This document shows positions 46,211 to 61,065 of a stretch of 64,000 nt of DNA, piece after piece. Numbering within the stretch: position 1 is the first letter of the stretch; the number at the start of each line of letters is the position of its first letter. Source of the DNA: Octopus vulgaris (taxonomy: Eukaryota); contig OX597830.1 in the NCBI GenBank assembly GCA_951406725.2, positions 35,774,001 to 35,838,000 of the forward strand, written 5' to 3'. Position numbers and translations under genes: made by a program. Below the pieces are notes generated by a model, which had not been told where the DNA came from, did not search any database, and was given only the letters and a program-made list of their open reading frames with translations.

Positions 46211-47335
46211 GTACTTACATACATATTCGCATCGGGTTTTGTATGTCAGAGTATAAAATAAGAACGGGCTGAATATATCGACATTTCTCCCTCCCTGTAG
46301 ACATATTAGCTAGTGTCTTTCTACATTGTTGTTAAGACTCAATTTGTATGTATTATGATTACATTTCTGCCTCTAACTCTATTATCAGATATTCGTGTGA
46401 AGTTTTCGTAATGTTTGTACCTGTTTATACTAGCATATGTTTACATACGGAATTAGTCATCTAGAGCGGTTAATATTCAGATAGATCTAAGTGTGCTTAG
46501 TTCTTATATGCATTTATGTCCTGTGATAATTGTTGCTTATAATCAGTCGTGGTCGTTACCATCTGCTTGTGAGATTCGGTACTTCTTGTTCAGGCATTTC
46601 ATTTTTTCCCCCCATAGTCGTAGCTAGTGTTAAATATTCTTTGCCATGAACTTCTTTTGTGTTGTATAATTTTAATGGGGGCCTCATTTTGTAACAGTTT
46701 TTTTTTTTCCTTTTACAATAACCCTGTTAGCACCGTGTATATTTCGCGATGCAACCCGTCCTAACACACGTTTGAATTTTTCGATAGGTGTCTATTGTTT
46801 AAGTATTACATATTTTCTTAATACTCCTACGAATGCTGCACGTCCCGGTTCAAATATCAAATTTCTACCTCACCAAACAAATAAGAGCTTATCCATATAT
46901 TCATTACCCTCGGGCTGAAAATACAAAATTTACCGCTTAACTTGACGAAATTAATCCCTTGATGTCACTTGTGCTCGTTTCAGCTGAGAGCACCAGAACA
47001 GCTTGAAATGAGATCGCTTTGTTCAAAGGCAGAGCGTTCTGCTGGGGCAGAAAATCGAAGGGTTTTTCGTTGTCATTTTGTTCAGAATTCTTATTCGTTG
47101 TGGTTCCATAACTTTAGAATTTACTACAAAAATCTTCAGCTTCAACGCTGCTTAAAATCATAGATTTGTTTCAGTTTAATCCTATCTAGACCCAAATCTA
47201 TTCTTGATTTATTGTCCTTTGAAAAGGCTTTTCACTCTCCTGAAAATGCTTTTCCCGTATTTCATTTCATCAATCATAAACGGAAGGGAGTCAGGGGAAA
47301 TATTTAATGAACACCCCTCATGTGTGTGTGTGTGT

Positions 47336-47383
<48 letters not shown>

Positions 47384-47399
47384 TGAGGAAGTAGTAATT

Positions 47400-48950
47400 A
47401 CTCACTACGTCATTAATAGTTAAGATAGTTCTTTTAAATTTTGTAATGGAACCGCGTGTCTGATAAAACATGTAAGTGTTAAAACTTGTAGTTTTATTAT
47501 CTTTTTAACAGTTTTAATTAGCATTAAACATTGCAATGTTTTATGAATAATAATAAATAAATACAAGTACTTTTATTAATTGCTATTTAATAAAATTTTA
47601 TGTTTCTATTAGTTACTGGTAATTAAATATTATAGCTTGTAGTGGTGATATATTAATGAATATGTAGTTTTTTTGTTATTAACTTTTGAATGATGAAATA
47701 AGGTATTTCACTCATAATTATTATATTAAGAGTTAAATTAAATTCAATTGTGCTTGCTTTGTTTTGTTTTAGAGAGATTTATATAAAGCTTTAATTTTTT
47801 TATTACAGTAGTAACTATGGAAGACTGATGAGATTATGAACTTAAAGATTGGTCGCGATTTAGTACATAATTTAGTTATTGCAGGTTTAGTTTTAATACC
47901 GATACGATATACATTGGTTTATGTGTTTCTTTGTTGTAGTTTTATTAAAGCTACTGTTTAATCCTGTCTATAATTTGATTGATTCAATGAATGTAGTTAT
48001 TAAGCTTTCACGTTAATATTATATTATGGAAGACGGTAGGGAATATAATGCTTGTATGACTTAATGGATTGGTTGCTGTTTAGTTACGTATTTAGGAGTT
48101 GGTTGTAATTTACTTATTGGATTTATTTGCCGATACGGTTGTACATAGGGTAAATGTGTTTGAAAGTTGTGGTTTCTTTGGTATGATTGTCCCCAAATAA
48201 CACTTATTTTAGTGCTGTTGACACCGCCCTATTGAATGGTGCTGCCCAGGTATCGAAACCATAATGATACATGTGGGGCAGCTGATGATGGAGGTATGTT
48301 GGATTGTTGGTATGGCTGTTTTTTGTATATGTGAAATAGTATTATAATATATCCTTTTGATATATATATATATATATATGTACGATGTAATTTACCAAGG
48401 AGGATATCATCCTGATGAAGGGGACATTACATATATGGAATACTTGATTTTTAACCATGACCGGTAAAGTACCCCTGAAACGGCCATAGAGGGAACATCC
48501 TCCAATTTTAGATCCTTTTTATTTATGTATTTTTGACCTTGACATTTAGTCATCACTTAGTTTAGAAGTGATGGCTCAATTATTTGTCACCCTCTCATTC
48601 GTTTTGTATCTCCTATGTTTATCACGTATAACTCCTTCCATGTAATTTTATATTTATATGTTATTTTATATACATTTTTATGTATTTTTATATCTTCTAT
48701 ATCTTTCTGTATGTTTGATTTTATATACTTTATACCTTTGCAGAATCTTTACCCCTGTACATGCATGATCTATGCTGATCTGTTTAGATATATAAGCTTC
48801 AACTGCTTTGGTCGAATGATTTCATTTATTCGTTCGGGAATATGTTTGACTGTCTAAACTTTGCGTTTTTAAATTACTTTACACAATACCTTTCGCACTG
48901 GTTCTCTATGGACACTCCGTAAACAGCCCATATATTTTAAAACATATTTA
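47400..48950. mobile_element. AT-rich Penelope-like pLTR/UTR region with internal ~200-bp diverged duplication
   Basis: Duplicated TATGGAAGAC..CTTAA..GATTGGT..CCGATACG..TACAT..ATGTGTTT (47815-47945 vs 48025-48175); hammerhead at 48412; TA repeats at ~48360 and ~48955. Confidence 0.45.
48399..48503 (+). ncRNA. Type I hammerhead ribozyme-like motif
   Basis: CTGATGA (48412-18), stem II AGGGG/CCCCT, GAAAC, palindromic GGCC, ATA triplet; distal stem GGAGGAT/ATCCTCC. Confidence 0.65.
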
Positions 48951-48969
48951 ATATTATATAAATATATAG

Positions 48970-49018
<49 letters not shown>

Positions 49019-49075
49019 TGAGTGAGTGTGTGTGTATGTGTGTGTGTCTTGTAATTCAAAGAGAATAACATTGAT

Positions 49076-49143
49076 AGTGACTTTTCGGCCAGCTAACCCT
49101 TCACCGGACTGTCCGATGTTGCTCTATCTGGCCGAAACTTCGA
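49076..49143. other. Degenerate palindrome of two back-to-back hammerhead-like arms
   Basis: TTTCGGCCAG...CCGGAC|T|GTCCGA...CTGGCCGAAA; arms 20/27 complementary by manual alignment. Confidence 0.55.
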
Positions 49144-49269
49144 AGTCCCTATCAATATTATTCTTGTTAAAGAAGAACATATATCTACTCTGCTAAAAGT
49201 ATTGAGTCATTCATCAGTTTAATGTAAAATTGTTTTTATAACATAAACAAGCATTAGTATATATAAGTA

Positions 49270-49968
49270 GCCACCAGCAGCTTCTACCACGGCCTTGAAA
49301 CCGTGGTAGAAGCCTAACGCATGCGTTCCTCACTGCTGCCATAGGAAGATCTTAGAACACCTCCTTGATCTCGGCCACTGCAGACAGAGCGTTTGTGTCA
49401 TTTTCAACCGTACCCACACACATAGACGTGGTATGACAATGAGGGAAATTAGAAGGCCAGAAATTCTCCGACAAACACTTCTGACCCTTTCTGGAGGTGT
49501 GGCAAAGAGCCGAATCCTACTGCCACACATATGACCTTCTAGCAGCAACAGTCCAGTCAGGGTTTAACCAGAATCTCCAGCACCTTCACATAGCCGTCTA
49601 TGTTAAACCTGAAGTAGGGTAGCATGACGTCACCCTTACTGAAGACACAGCCTAAGACTCATAGTTTAAAGAAACTTGGTTTCCGTGATGTCTAAGTGAT
49701 GTTTTATAGTCTTTACATTGTTCACAAAGCATTGAGTAGCAGTTAGGATGTAAGTATTTTGATACCCGGCGCGAATCACCGTAATACAGATTACTCCTTC
49801 CCAATATTCAGATGGCTTCCGGTCCTCCATCTTAACAAACTTTTTCTCAAATACAACTTATAACTTTATGCTCCCAACGCTGTTGATCATTCACGTATAT
49901 ATCAAGGTATTTCTGAAAGACAAAGGAAAGATAAAAATAAAATCCTCAAATTTAGCCCGAACACCCCG
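49270..49968 (-). mobile_element. Tc1/mariner-superfamily (maT/DD37D-like) transposase remnant
   Basis: VAARRSYVWQ*DSALCHTSRKGQKCLSENFWPSNFP ... KAVVEAAGGY; TIR-like end AACACCCCG|TA. Confidence 0.75.
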
Positions 49969-50074
49969 TATATACCAGTATGCACCATTTATACCGCATA
50001 TGTACGTATTTATTTATCAGAGATAAAGTTTGACGTTTGAACCCCACATAGCAAAATCTTCCAGCTACTATATG

Positions 50075-50133
<59 letters not shown>

Positions 50134-50160
50134 GTATATATACATATATATATTTATATT

Positions 50161-50201
<41 letters not shown>

Positions 50202-50222
50202 ATGTATGTATGTATGTATATA

Positions 50223-50260
<38 letters not shown>

Positions 50261-50983
50261 GCCATTGAACTAGTCACAAATCCAGAAACTGTCTCAGTAT
50301 ATTTCAAACACCAAAAAGAAAAAACCTCAAAATAGGCTTTATATATAGATATTTCATCAACAATTCCATGCTAAATGAATAAAGAGTGTTTGTGATATTA
50401 AAAGAAACAATAGATGAAGAACTAGAAATAAAAATAGCATAGAATATCCTTTTGTTATCGTTGCCTTTGTTTTGCCATTTATGATGGTCAAAATTCTGTA
50501 TGAACGACGACCGTCATATCAGCCGAAGACACCTTCTCAAAGCTGGAAATTTTCTTGTTGACCCATAACTGTTCATTTTGTTGCAAATTTAATCCTGGCT
50601 TATGTATTCAATTTTTTGTATATTTTTCTTTATTTTATACTATGAATTCTTTATATGTTTTGTTCAAATTATTAGTGCTTTTTCTTTCTTTTTTTCTTTC
50701 TCCTCTGCCTTTATCTCATTATCTTTCTCTCTCTCTCTCTCTTTCTCTGTCGTTTTTCTTTCTACCTACAAAACTATGAAATATCCATATCTATTAACTA
50801 CCTTTCTCGCCACGTTAACTTCTCTTTTTCTGTGCACACACACACACACACATACATACACACACACGCACACACGCACACAGAGGGAGGAATATATAAA
50901 TATATATACTTTTACATATATAAATACATATGTATATATGTGTGCGTGTGTGTGTTTATATATAAAAATATGTATATAATGTA

Positions 50984-51040
<57 letters not shown>

Positions 51041-51062
51041 ATATATGTACATACAATGTGAG

Positions 51063-51111
<49 letters not shown>

Positions 51112-51503
51112 AAATGTGCACATATATATCTGTGTACGTATGTATTTGTATATATGTATGATTTTTTGCTTGGGCGTGCGTTCGTATGAAATATGTGGAC
51201 TAAATGTGCTTGACAAGTTATGAGAGCATGTGTTTGAGTGTCGTTGTATGTGTCCTTATCTTTACGTATATGTATCTAACTGTGTATTTATCTATATTTT
51301 ATGTATAAAAATTTGATCTACGCTTGGTTTCTATCGCACATATACGCACGCACATATGCACACACTCCTTGGCACGCTCTTGTGGTGGGACTAATACGCG
51401 TAGCGTATACGCACACAAGAGTGTGTATGTATATGTGTCTTTGTATTATATAAATATATATATATATATATATACACATACACAACATACACACATATAA
51501 TGT

Positions 51504-51553
<50 letters not shown>

Positions 51554-52596
51554 GCGTTTTATTATACATCTACGTTCATTTATATATTCTGTATTTTCGT
51601 CATTTAATGTTTGTATTATTTTTTCTTTCATTCAATGTTGCATACACACCCACACATATTCTTTTTCTCCTTTGATTCATTTCACCTAAACAGAAAAACT
51701 CGGTGTAAATTCGTTATGTTATTGCCTTTTACACGTCATTTATTATCAATTTTGTTTTACGACTTTGCCTCCTTTGTTACCAAAATTCCTTTCATCTTTG
51801 GGATAAACCATGGAAAAAGTTCACAGATATACTAGGAGCAACCCAAGCGCAGTTCACAGAATTGGTTGTATTTCACACTGGGTGATGCCCCCAAACATTT
51901 AACAACAACAAAAAATTATTATAAGTTATAACTTGAATTATTATTTTTATTTTCTATTACATGGCTATCAAATTTGGAGTAAATTTGTTACCTCCGATAT
52001 ACGTTACTGCATAAAAACTATTATGTGAATCTCATAAAGCATTGGCTCTCTTCTTTTTTTCCTTTTGTCATTCTTTTTTTTTTTTTTTTCAGAAGTTGGT
52101 AAGTTTGTATATATTTGTATACCATCGAAGAGATCTGATTGTTAACGTTTCAAGCAACGCTCGTCTTCGGAGAGAAAAATTTGCATTGTTTCAGATATTG
52201 TATAATTTTACAAATATTAGCGTCAAGATCTCATTACAGCCATAAAATAACTCAACGTAATATGCTTTACAATATTGTCCTGGAGAGATTTTCACGCAGT
52301 GCTCAATGTTCAATGTCTTTTTCTATAATCTTAAATAAAAGAAATGAGCCATTACTTTAGTCATGTATAATAATGATGTTGTTATTGCTGTTTTTCTTTA
52401 GCCCTAGGTCCCCACTGATCAAGCAGATTTATGATCAAAGTCGTCCTCACCATCAGCATATTATCTTCTTATTTTTCTTGTTGTTTTTTTGTTTTTATTT
52501 CTTCTGTTTAGCTTTATCAAATATCAATGTTCTTCTACAGTATCCTTCTTTATTTTAAGACGGGATTATTTCAATTTGAAACTGTCAAAACTAACG

Positions 52597-53222
52597 CAGC
52601 CATGACTGTGTAGTTAAGATGTTTGTAAACAACCAAACGGTTTATATTTCAGTCCATCTGGGTAGTTGTCTTCTATTTATATCTGTGCTTTTTTGAATAA
52701 CATTTTTTAGGGAAAACTTTATAGAGAGCGGGTTTAACAGAATCGTGATCACGCCGGGGAAAACGTGTAGCGGAATTTCGTCCGTCCTTACGTTCAGAGT
52801 TCAAATTCCACCGCGATCAACTTTATCTCTCATCCTTTTGAGGCCCATAAAATAAGTACCAGTAGCATACTGAGGTCAATCTAATCGACTTACCTCTATC
52901 CCGAAATTGCTGACCTTGTTATAGAATTTGAAATTATTATTTAGCAGAAACAGTGAGGAAGCCCGTCTTATACATTAATACATCTGTATGTGTGTTTCAG
53001 TGTGAATGCGTTTAGTTTGAGTGTGTATGTGTCATTGTTCTTATCGCCTCGTTATTGGCACTAGATTATTTTATTCCCTATAACCTAACAACACGCATAG
53101 AAGCGGACCGATTGAGTACCTTACTTAAAATATGTACTGAGAATTGTTTTAATCGACTAAACTCTTCAGGGCTTTGCCTCGGCGTGGCTTCAATCCAATG
53201 ACTGAAACAATAAAAGAAGGCA
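52597..53222 (+). mobile_element. Old SINE A with a nested SINE B (~52728-52935)
   Basis: A head, B body, then A continuing GAAACAGTGAGGAAGCCCGTC and right arm. Confidence 0.7.
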
Positions 53223-53260
53223 AGAATTAACAAAAGAAGACACATGCTATAAACATATCT

Positions 53261-53720
53261 CAGACAACTCTGAAGTCGAAAGTAGTTTTGTCGTCTGAAA
53301 ACGCGAAGGAAGTTATCTTAATCGAACTTACAGTTTCCGTCGGAGGAGGAAGGCATTCACGCTTTTGCATGAAAGAGTGCCAAATATAAGAGCTTTCTGC
53401 AGGTTTGCAAGGAGAGAGAATCACCGTCGCGTCTATTACCAGTTGAAGTTGATGTATATTACCAGTCGGTATGGAGGAGACTTGCGGCCATTGGAATAAG
53501 AGGAAAAGCGCGAAGGATGGCGATTCGGAGGATGGGTGAGCCAGCAGAAAGAGCTTCGAGCTGGTTATGGAGCAAGAGAAACGAGTTAAGCAGGAAACTA
53601 GATGGAGATGATGAGCAGTGCTTTCACCACAACTACTGAACCGCTATTGAGAAGGTGTTACGCTTCAGGGTTGAAACACCTGATGATCGGTAAGTACCGA
53701 CTGATAATATTCAAAATTCC
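53261..53720 (+). mobile_element. HERO/NeSL-type RLE non-LTR retrotransposon 3' remnant
   Basis: QTTLKSKVVLSSENAKEVILIELTV; LPVEV; QSVWRRLAAIGIRGKARRMAIRRMGEPAERASSWLWSKRNE. Confidence 0.8.
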
Positions 53721-54093
53721 CCCTGACCAAGGTTGCATTCACCTCGTTGAATGGAAAAGACGCTACTTCTTTTAGATGTTATTTTAATATAACATCTTCT
53801 ATCAACAGATGTTTACCCCATGCTTTTATGCATTTGCCATTCGCTATTTCAAAACGTTCCCTACCTGTTCTAAAAGTCCCTCTCACAGGCTTTATGCGTT
53901 GTTGTTGTTGTTGTTTTTGTTGTTGTTGTTGTTGTTGCTGTTGTTTTTACTTTTGTTGTTGTTATCGTTTGGCTTCTGGTTAACGCTAACTGAACAGATA
54001 TAATACCAAAGGCGTTCTCACCATGACAACCCGGTAATTTTGCCGATACAGATTAGGAGTCAGAACAAGACTATATACTCCCTGGTGTACGGA

Positions 54094-54746
54094 ATGAATA
54101 AGTGGCCATTATATGCACTCATATATATAATGAGATTCTGGGTGTTACCAACTGAGTAAAACATGCTTCCCTGAGAAGATCTGATAAGATCGAAACATGT
54201 CAGTTACATTCAATATTTGATCCACTCCTTTAATGCATTTCGTGTATTTTCTCAAAATTATAATTGATATTATAATCTCCTTTGGGTTTAAAAGTTTAAA
54301 CATCACTAGGTTAAATTTTCGTTTCCCAGTTGCCTGAACCAAGTGCCATCTTGACGTTAGGAACACTAAGTATTTTCCCAAGGTCCTCAGGGGTCTAGGT
54401 GCCCACTTCTAATCTATGAATGCTGTGATTTTGGTTTAAATAAATGGGCAGCACCCAAAAGGATCACTACTTTGTCATGGTTTAGAGGATTGCGTGGTTC
54501 TATGACCCAGAGGTCAATGCTAGTGAGAGTTTAGGCTCTTGGTAGGATCGGGTCACCCATTCCAGACTGACCGAAGCGTTGAGTCCAGACAAAATGCGAT
54601 CTACCTATCCTCGAGCCTAAAGAGGATTAGAAACTAACAACCTCAATCGGTGAACCGAGCTGTTACGGACAATGCAAGCGGCCCCATGCTCCCTATGGAA
54701 TAATGTGGACTAACTATACGAGTGCATATAATGGCCACTTATTCAT
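54094..54746. repeat. Segment bounded by perfect 27-bp inverted repeats
   Basis: ATGAATAAGTGGCCATTATATGCACTC (54094-54120) / GAGTGCATATAATGGCCACTTATTCAT (54720-54746). Confidence 0.9.
54465..54716 (+). mobile_element. Bipartite non-autonomous RTE derivative (5' UTR fused to 3' end)
   Basis: CACTACTTTGTCATGG..GGTCACCCAT..CCAGACAAA..CTAACAACC..GTTACGGA resembles an RTE 5' UTR; GCGGCCCCATGCTCC...GGACTAACTA resembles an RTE 3' end. Confidence 0.55.
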
Positions 54747-54976
54747 GTGGTTGGGAAGCAAGCTTCTTACCATACAGCCATTCCTATGTCTATTTCCTGT
54801 TTCTGTTTTATGTTATTTATTTTTTATTTTTGTTCTTTGTTTCTCTCGGTGTATTTCTCATTTTATATCCATCTTAGTCTATTTCTCTTTTCCTCTCTCT
54901 ATTTTCTTTATCGCTCTATATTTCTCCCTCTATCTCCTTCTTTTCTAATTCACACATACACAGAACTCAGTGAGAC

Positions 54977-55046
<70 letters not shown>

Positions 55047-55449
55047 AGAGAAAGAGAGAAAAAGAGAGAGAGCGCTGGTACGAGTTAGATATAGATAATA
55101 AGAAAGAAAAATAGACCGAAAGACAGAAGGCAGAAAGACGGACGGAGGAAGATAAAGAGAGAAAAGAAAACCTTCCCTCAAGATGTCAGACTTGGAAATA
55201 AATGACATATACCATTACAGACGAGATTATTAGCGTCAAATTCTTTATTAACGGGGGTTAAGACACAGAAATGTAGATGATTGAATTAAAAACTAACTCG
55301 ACCTACATTTGTATACACCTTAATTCTTTGTTTCTTCTCTTCATCTTCCCCTTCTCCTCGCCCTCTTCCACATCGGCCATCTAACCTTTAAGTTGACCTT
55401 AAGCTTTGTTTAATAAAACCCATTATAAACACTCAATGTTCAGCTTTTA

Positions 55450-55457
55450 TATTATTG

Positions 55458-55521
<64 letters not shown>

Positions 55522-55522
55522 T

Positions 55523-55558
<36 letters not shown>

Positions 55559-55575
55559 CAGCAGCAGCAGCAGCG

Positions 55576-55639
<64 letters not shown>

Positions 55640-55640
55640 C

Positions 55641-55671
<31 letters not shown>

Positions 55672-56160
55672 AATCACCACTGTCCTTTGTTTTTTTGCAT
55701 TGTCCTAAATGGCCCACCGGCCCTTCTGGCCAAATAGACAGTTGTTGTTATTAGGATTGTTATTATTGTTGGTGATGTTATTGTTTTTGTTGTCGCGGTT
55801 ATTGTTGTTGTTATTATTATTATCATCATCATCATCATCAGCATCACCATCATCAACCTATTCATCATTATCATTATCATCAGTCAATCAGCATCGTCGT
55901 CATCATCATCATCATCACCATCATCACCACAATCTTCACCCTCATCATTATTATCATCATCATCATCATCATTATCAACATCATCATCACCATCATCAAC
56001 CTCCTTATCACCATCATCATCACCATCATAATCATCATCATCAACCTCACCATCATCATCATCATCATCATCATCAACATCATCATCATCGACATCGCCA
56101 TCATCGTCATCATCATTGTCATCATTCTGAATACTATTGTTATTCAGCATCATTATGAGC
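55450..56160. repeat. (TTA)n(TAG)n(CAG)n and (ATC)n complexes
   Basis: Direct sequence. Confidence 0.9.
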
Positions 56161-56536
56161 ACTGTTAGTTTTTTTTGTTATTATATTTATTGATTTTGGT
56201 ATTTTGTGTTTGTTTTATTTTTTCCCTTCTAATTACTCTTTTATTTTTTTATTTACTTATTTTATTTTTACTTACGTTCATAGTTTGGTGAGAACGGAAG
56301 CTAAATTGTTACGCTTATATTTACTTATCATTATTATTATAATTATTGCTACTGTTGTTGTTGACGTTGTTCATGTTTAATTCAAATACCGTCAAGGTCT
56401 TATTTGTTTCTTTCTCGCGGGGTCGATGAAATGAAGTACCAATCAAGTACTGAAGCGAATATAAAAGACTAACCCCTTCGACCTCGTGTCAAAAACTTGA
56501 AACAATTATGTTTGTTCAATTTGTTTATTGCTATTA

Positions 56537-56643
<107 letters not shown>

Positions 56644-56648
56644 ATTAA

Positions 56649-56840
56649 GGCGGTGAGCTGGCAGAATCGTTGAGACGTCGGGCGAAAAACCTAGCTGTAT
56701 TTCGTCCGTCGCTACGTTCTGAGTTCAAATTCCGCCGAGGTTCACTTTGCTTTCTTCCTTTCGAAATCGAACAATTAAGTACCAGTGAAACCCCGGGGTC
56801 GATGAATTCATCCCTGCCCTTGTGGCAAAGTTTGAAACCA
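56649..56840 (+). mobile_element. SINE B in a (TTA)n tract
   Basis: Family B motifs, TTA repeats on both sides. Confidence 0.85.
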
Positions 56841-56852
56841 TTATTATTATTA

Positions 56853-57284
<432 letters not shown>

Positions 57285-57323
57285 CATTAGTATTAGTATT
57301 AGTATTAGTATTATTATTATTAT

Positions 57324-57994
<671 letters not shown>

Positions 57995-58338
57995 TGTTAT
58001 TATTATTATTATTATTATTAATGTCGTTTACCCATACGTGCATTGTGTTTCACTGCTTCATTTCATGTATTTATTTATTTCATTTTTGGCCAATTTTTTT
58101 GTGTGTGTTTTATATACGCTTGTTGGATTTATGTGGTTGGCTGGATGGATGGATGGCTGGCTGGATGGATGGCTGGCTGGATGGCTGGCTGGCTGGCTGG
58201 CTGTTTGGTAGGTTGGTTGGTTGGTTGGCTGGTTTTCTATGTTTTTATTCTTTTCACGCACTTTACTTATTCCACTGGTGCTACTTTCTGCAACACGAAG
58301 AATTCCCCCCTCTGTCTCTTCTCTCTCTCTCTCTCTTC

Positions 58339-58371
<33 letters not shown>

Positions 58372-58970
58372 CCTTTCGTTCTCTCTGTAAATTAGGAACA
58401 ACCAGACTAGCAGTTTAAAACAGATGTCATCAATCTTGAATACCAGTTTCAAACAAATTAAGCATTAAGGTTATTGTTCCACACGAAACGCAAAAAATGC
58501 CAAAGAAATTCCAACAGCGACGACAACAACAACAGCAACAACAACAACAACAACAAAAACAAACAACATTATCCACAACAAATACAACAAGAGAAGGCGA
58601 TAAGACGAAAAACAAATTCAATAAATAGAAGAAGAAGAGATAATGGAAACTAATAGACGTAGAAGGCATGGAGGGATATTTTGTTAAAAGACTTATTTCA
58701 GGCGTTCAGTCAAGGAATCTTGCTAAGCTCTAAACTGACTGAGCTATTGACGCCAACGACAAAGGATTAGGTGGTGTGCTCTAAATGAATGTGTGTGTGT
58801 GTCGGTGAAGACGCGTGTGCACATGTGTGCGTGTGTATGTGTGTGTTTATGTGTGTGTTTTGTAGCTCTATGTGTAGGTGAGTGTTTATGCGAGTGTAAT
58901 GTAATCTATTAGCTGTGCTTTAATTATGGTATTTAATATGGGATATTTGTATATATAATATATATGTATG

Positions 58971-59047
<77 letters not shown>

Positions 59048-59188
59048 GTATATATGTATATATATATGTGTGTATTATCCATACTAACATAAGTCATTCA
59101 ACTACTTATATATATATGTATGTATATATGTATGTATGTATGTGTATGTATGTATGTATGTGTGTATGCATGTATGTTTGTATGTATC

Positions 59189-59545
59189 TATTCTTTTATT
59201 CTTTTATTCGTTTACTTGTTTCAGTCATTTGGCTGTGGCTATGCTGGAGCACCGCCTTTAGTCGAGCAAATCGACCCCAGGAGTTTTTCTTCGTAAACTT
59301 AATACTTAATCTACCGGTCTTTTTTGCCGAACCGCCAAGATAAGGGAACGTAAACACACCAACTTCGGTTGTCAAGCGATGGTGGGAGACAAACACAGAT
59401 ACACAAACATACATACATATATACGATGGGCTTCTTTTAGCTTCCGTCTACCAAATCAACTCACAAGCTTTTGGTCGACCCGCGGCTATAGTAGAAACCA
59501 ATTGCTCTAGGTGCCTCCCAGTGAGACTTGAACCCAGAAGCAAGT
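59189..59545 (-). mobile_element. SINE A
   Basis: Reverse complement of the right arm and most of the left arm. Confidence 0.85.
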
Positions 59546-59584
59546 TTTTCGGAAGCAAGTGTCTTGTATATAATATATACATAC

Positions 59585-59696
<112 letters not shown>

Positions 59697-59784
59697 AATA
59701 CTCGTGCACACACACTCGTAAGTGTAAGTATATCATGTATGCGTATATATATCTGTAAATATGTAGGTATATGTGTATCTATCT

Positions 59785-59815
<31 letters not shown>

Positions 59816-59816
59816 G

Positions 59817-59865
<49 letters not shown>

Positions 59866-60409
59866 ATGTATGTATGTATGTATGTATGTATGTATGCATG
59901 TATGTATATGGCCTGCGTGCATGCTCTCCTGCTTGAGTGCGTGTGTGTGCACATGCATGCATGCTTACGCGTGTGTGTATATACTATATAATCATAGTCT
60001 CCGCTTCTTTGTACTAACGTATGTCTATATTCGTTTCTATTCCTATGAGATTCAGAGAGAGAGAAAGAGAGAGAAAAACAGATACAGAGACAGAGAAAGA
60101 AAGAGAAAGAGAAAGAGAGAATTAGCGCGCTCGCATTTATAAAATGAGTTGAACGAATGATCACATTTTCTTGACAGAGAAGATACGGCCATATTTAATT
60201 ACAAATTCTTTTATCTTCACACCGCACTGATCTCCCTCTAAAGTAGTATGATCTTGTATGTCTTAGAGCTGGACATGTTTTGCCTTTATTGTTCGTAAGT
60301 AAATTCCAGACTAAGTTCTTTAACCCGACCAACACAAACAAATTCGTTTACACTGCTATGGTTTGTGTGATAATTAATGCTTGCCCATTTGGTAAAATGT
60401 ATAGTAGTT

Positions 60410-60640
60410 GTTTGTTTGGTGTTGTGTTTTTTATCTCTAGGTCAACGTGGGTCTCTGATCAAAGTGCAGCTACATTCAAACCCTCTTTTTAGGAATATAT
60501 CCATACTACATTATTTTTAATGTATCTTATCGATAGGACGATCGGGTGAGATCTGAGTCAGATTTGGGCGCTATTTCTAGCATTCCGAAACACCACGGGG
60601 AAGCTCTTCTGACAACTTGGTGAGGTTCTTCGCACTGCTC
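60410..60640 (-). mobile_element. Old family C repeat
   Basis: CTAGGTCAAC..GATCAAAG ... GATTTGGGCGCTATTTCTAGCA. Confidence 0.5.
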
Positions 60641-60647
60641 ACTGAGT

Positions 60648-60702
<55 letters not shown>

Positions 60703-60782
60703 CAGTTGCTGTCGCCGAAGTTTAGCGCCACATCTAGTCAGGTTGTTTACAACTGAAACCAACAAGTGTAGTATTAGATAGT

Positions 60783-61065
60783 AGAGGCGCAATGGCCCAG
60801 TGGTTAGGGCAGCGATTCATGGTCGTAGGATCGCGGTTTCGATTCCCAGACCGGGCATTGTGAGTGTTTATTGAGCGAAAACACCTAAAACTCCACGAGG
60901 CTCCGGCAGGGGTTGATGGTTGCAAACCCTGCTGTACTCTTTCACCACAACTTTCCTTCATTCTTTCGTCTTGTCTGTTGGACCTATATTTCGAAGGGCC
61001 AGCCTCGTTACACTCTGTGTCACGCTGAATTTCTTTGAGAACTACGTTGAGTGTAAGCTTGTCTG
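60783..61065 (+). mobile_element. tRNA-derived SINE: head as at 480, tail X as at 44975
   Basis: A-box TGGCCCAGTGG, GGTTTCGATTCC, CTCCACGAGGCTCCGGCAGG; tail CTGTGTCACGCTGAAT..GAGAACTACGTT. Confidence 0.8.

Noticed and set aside
48240-48292. GAAAC...CTGATGA permuted hammerhead
   Set aside because: Stems do not close as type II or III; only a GCTGCCC/GGGCAGC hairpin is supported
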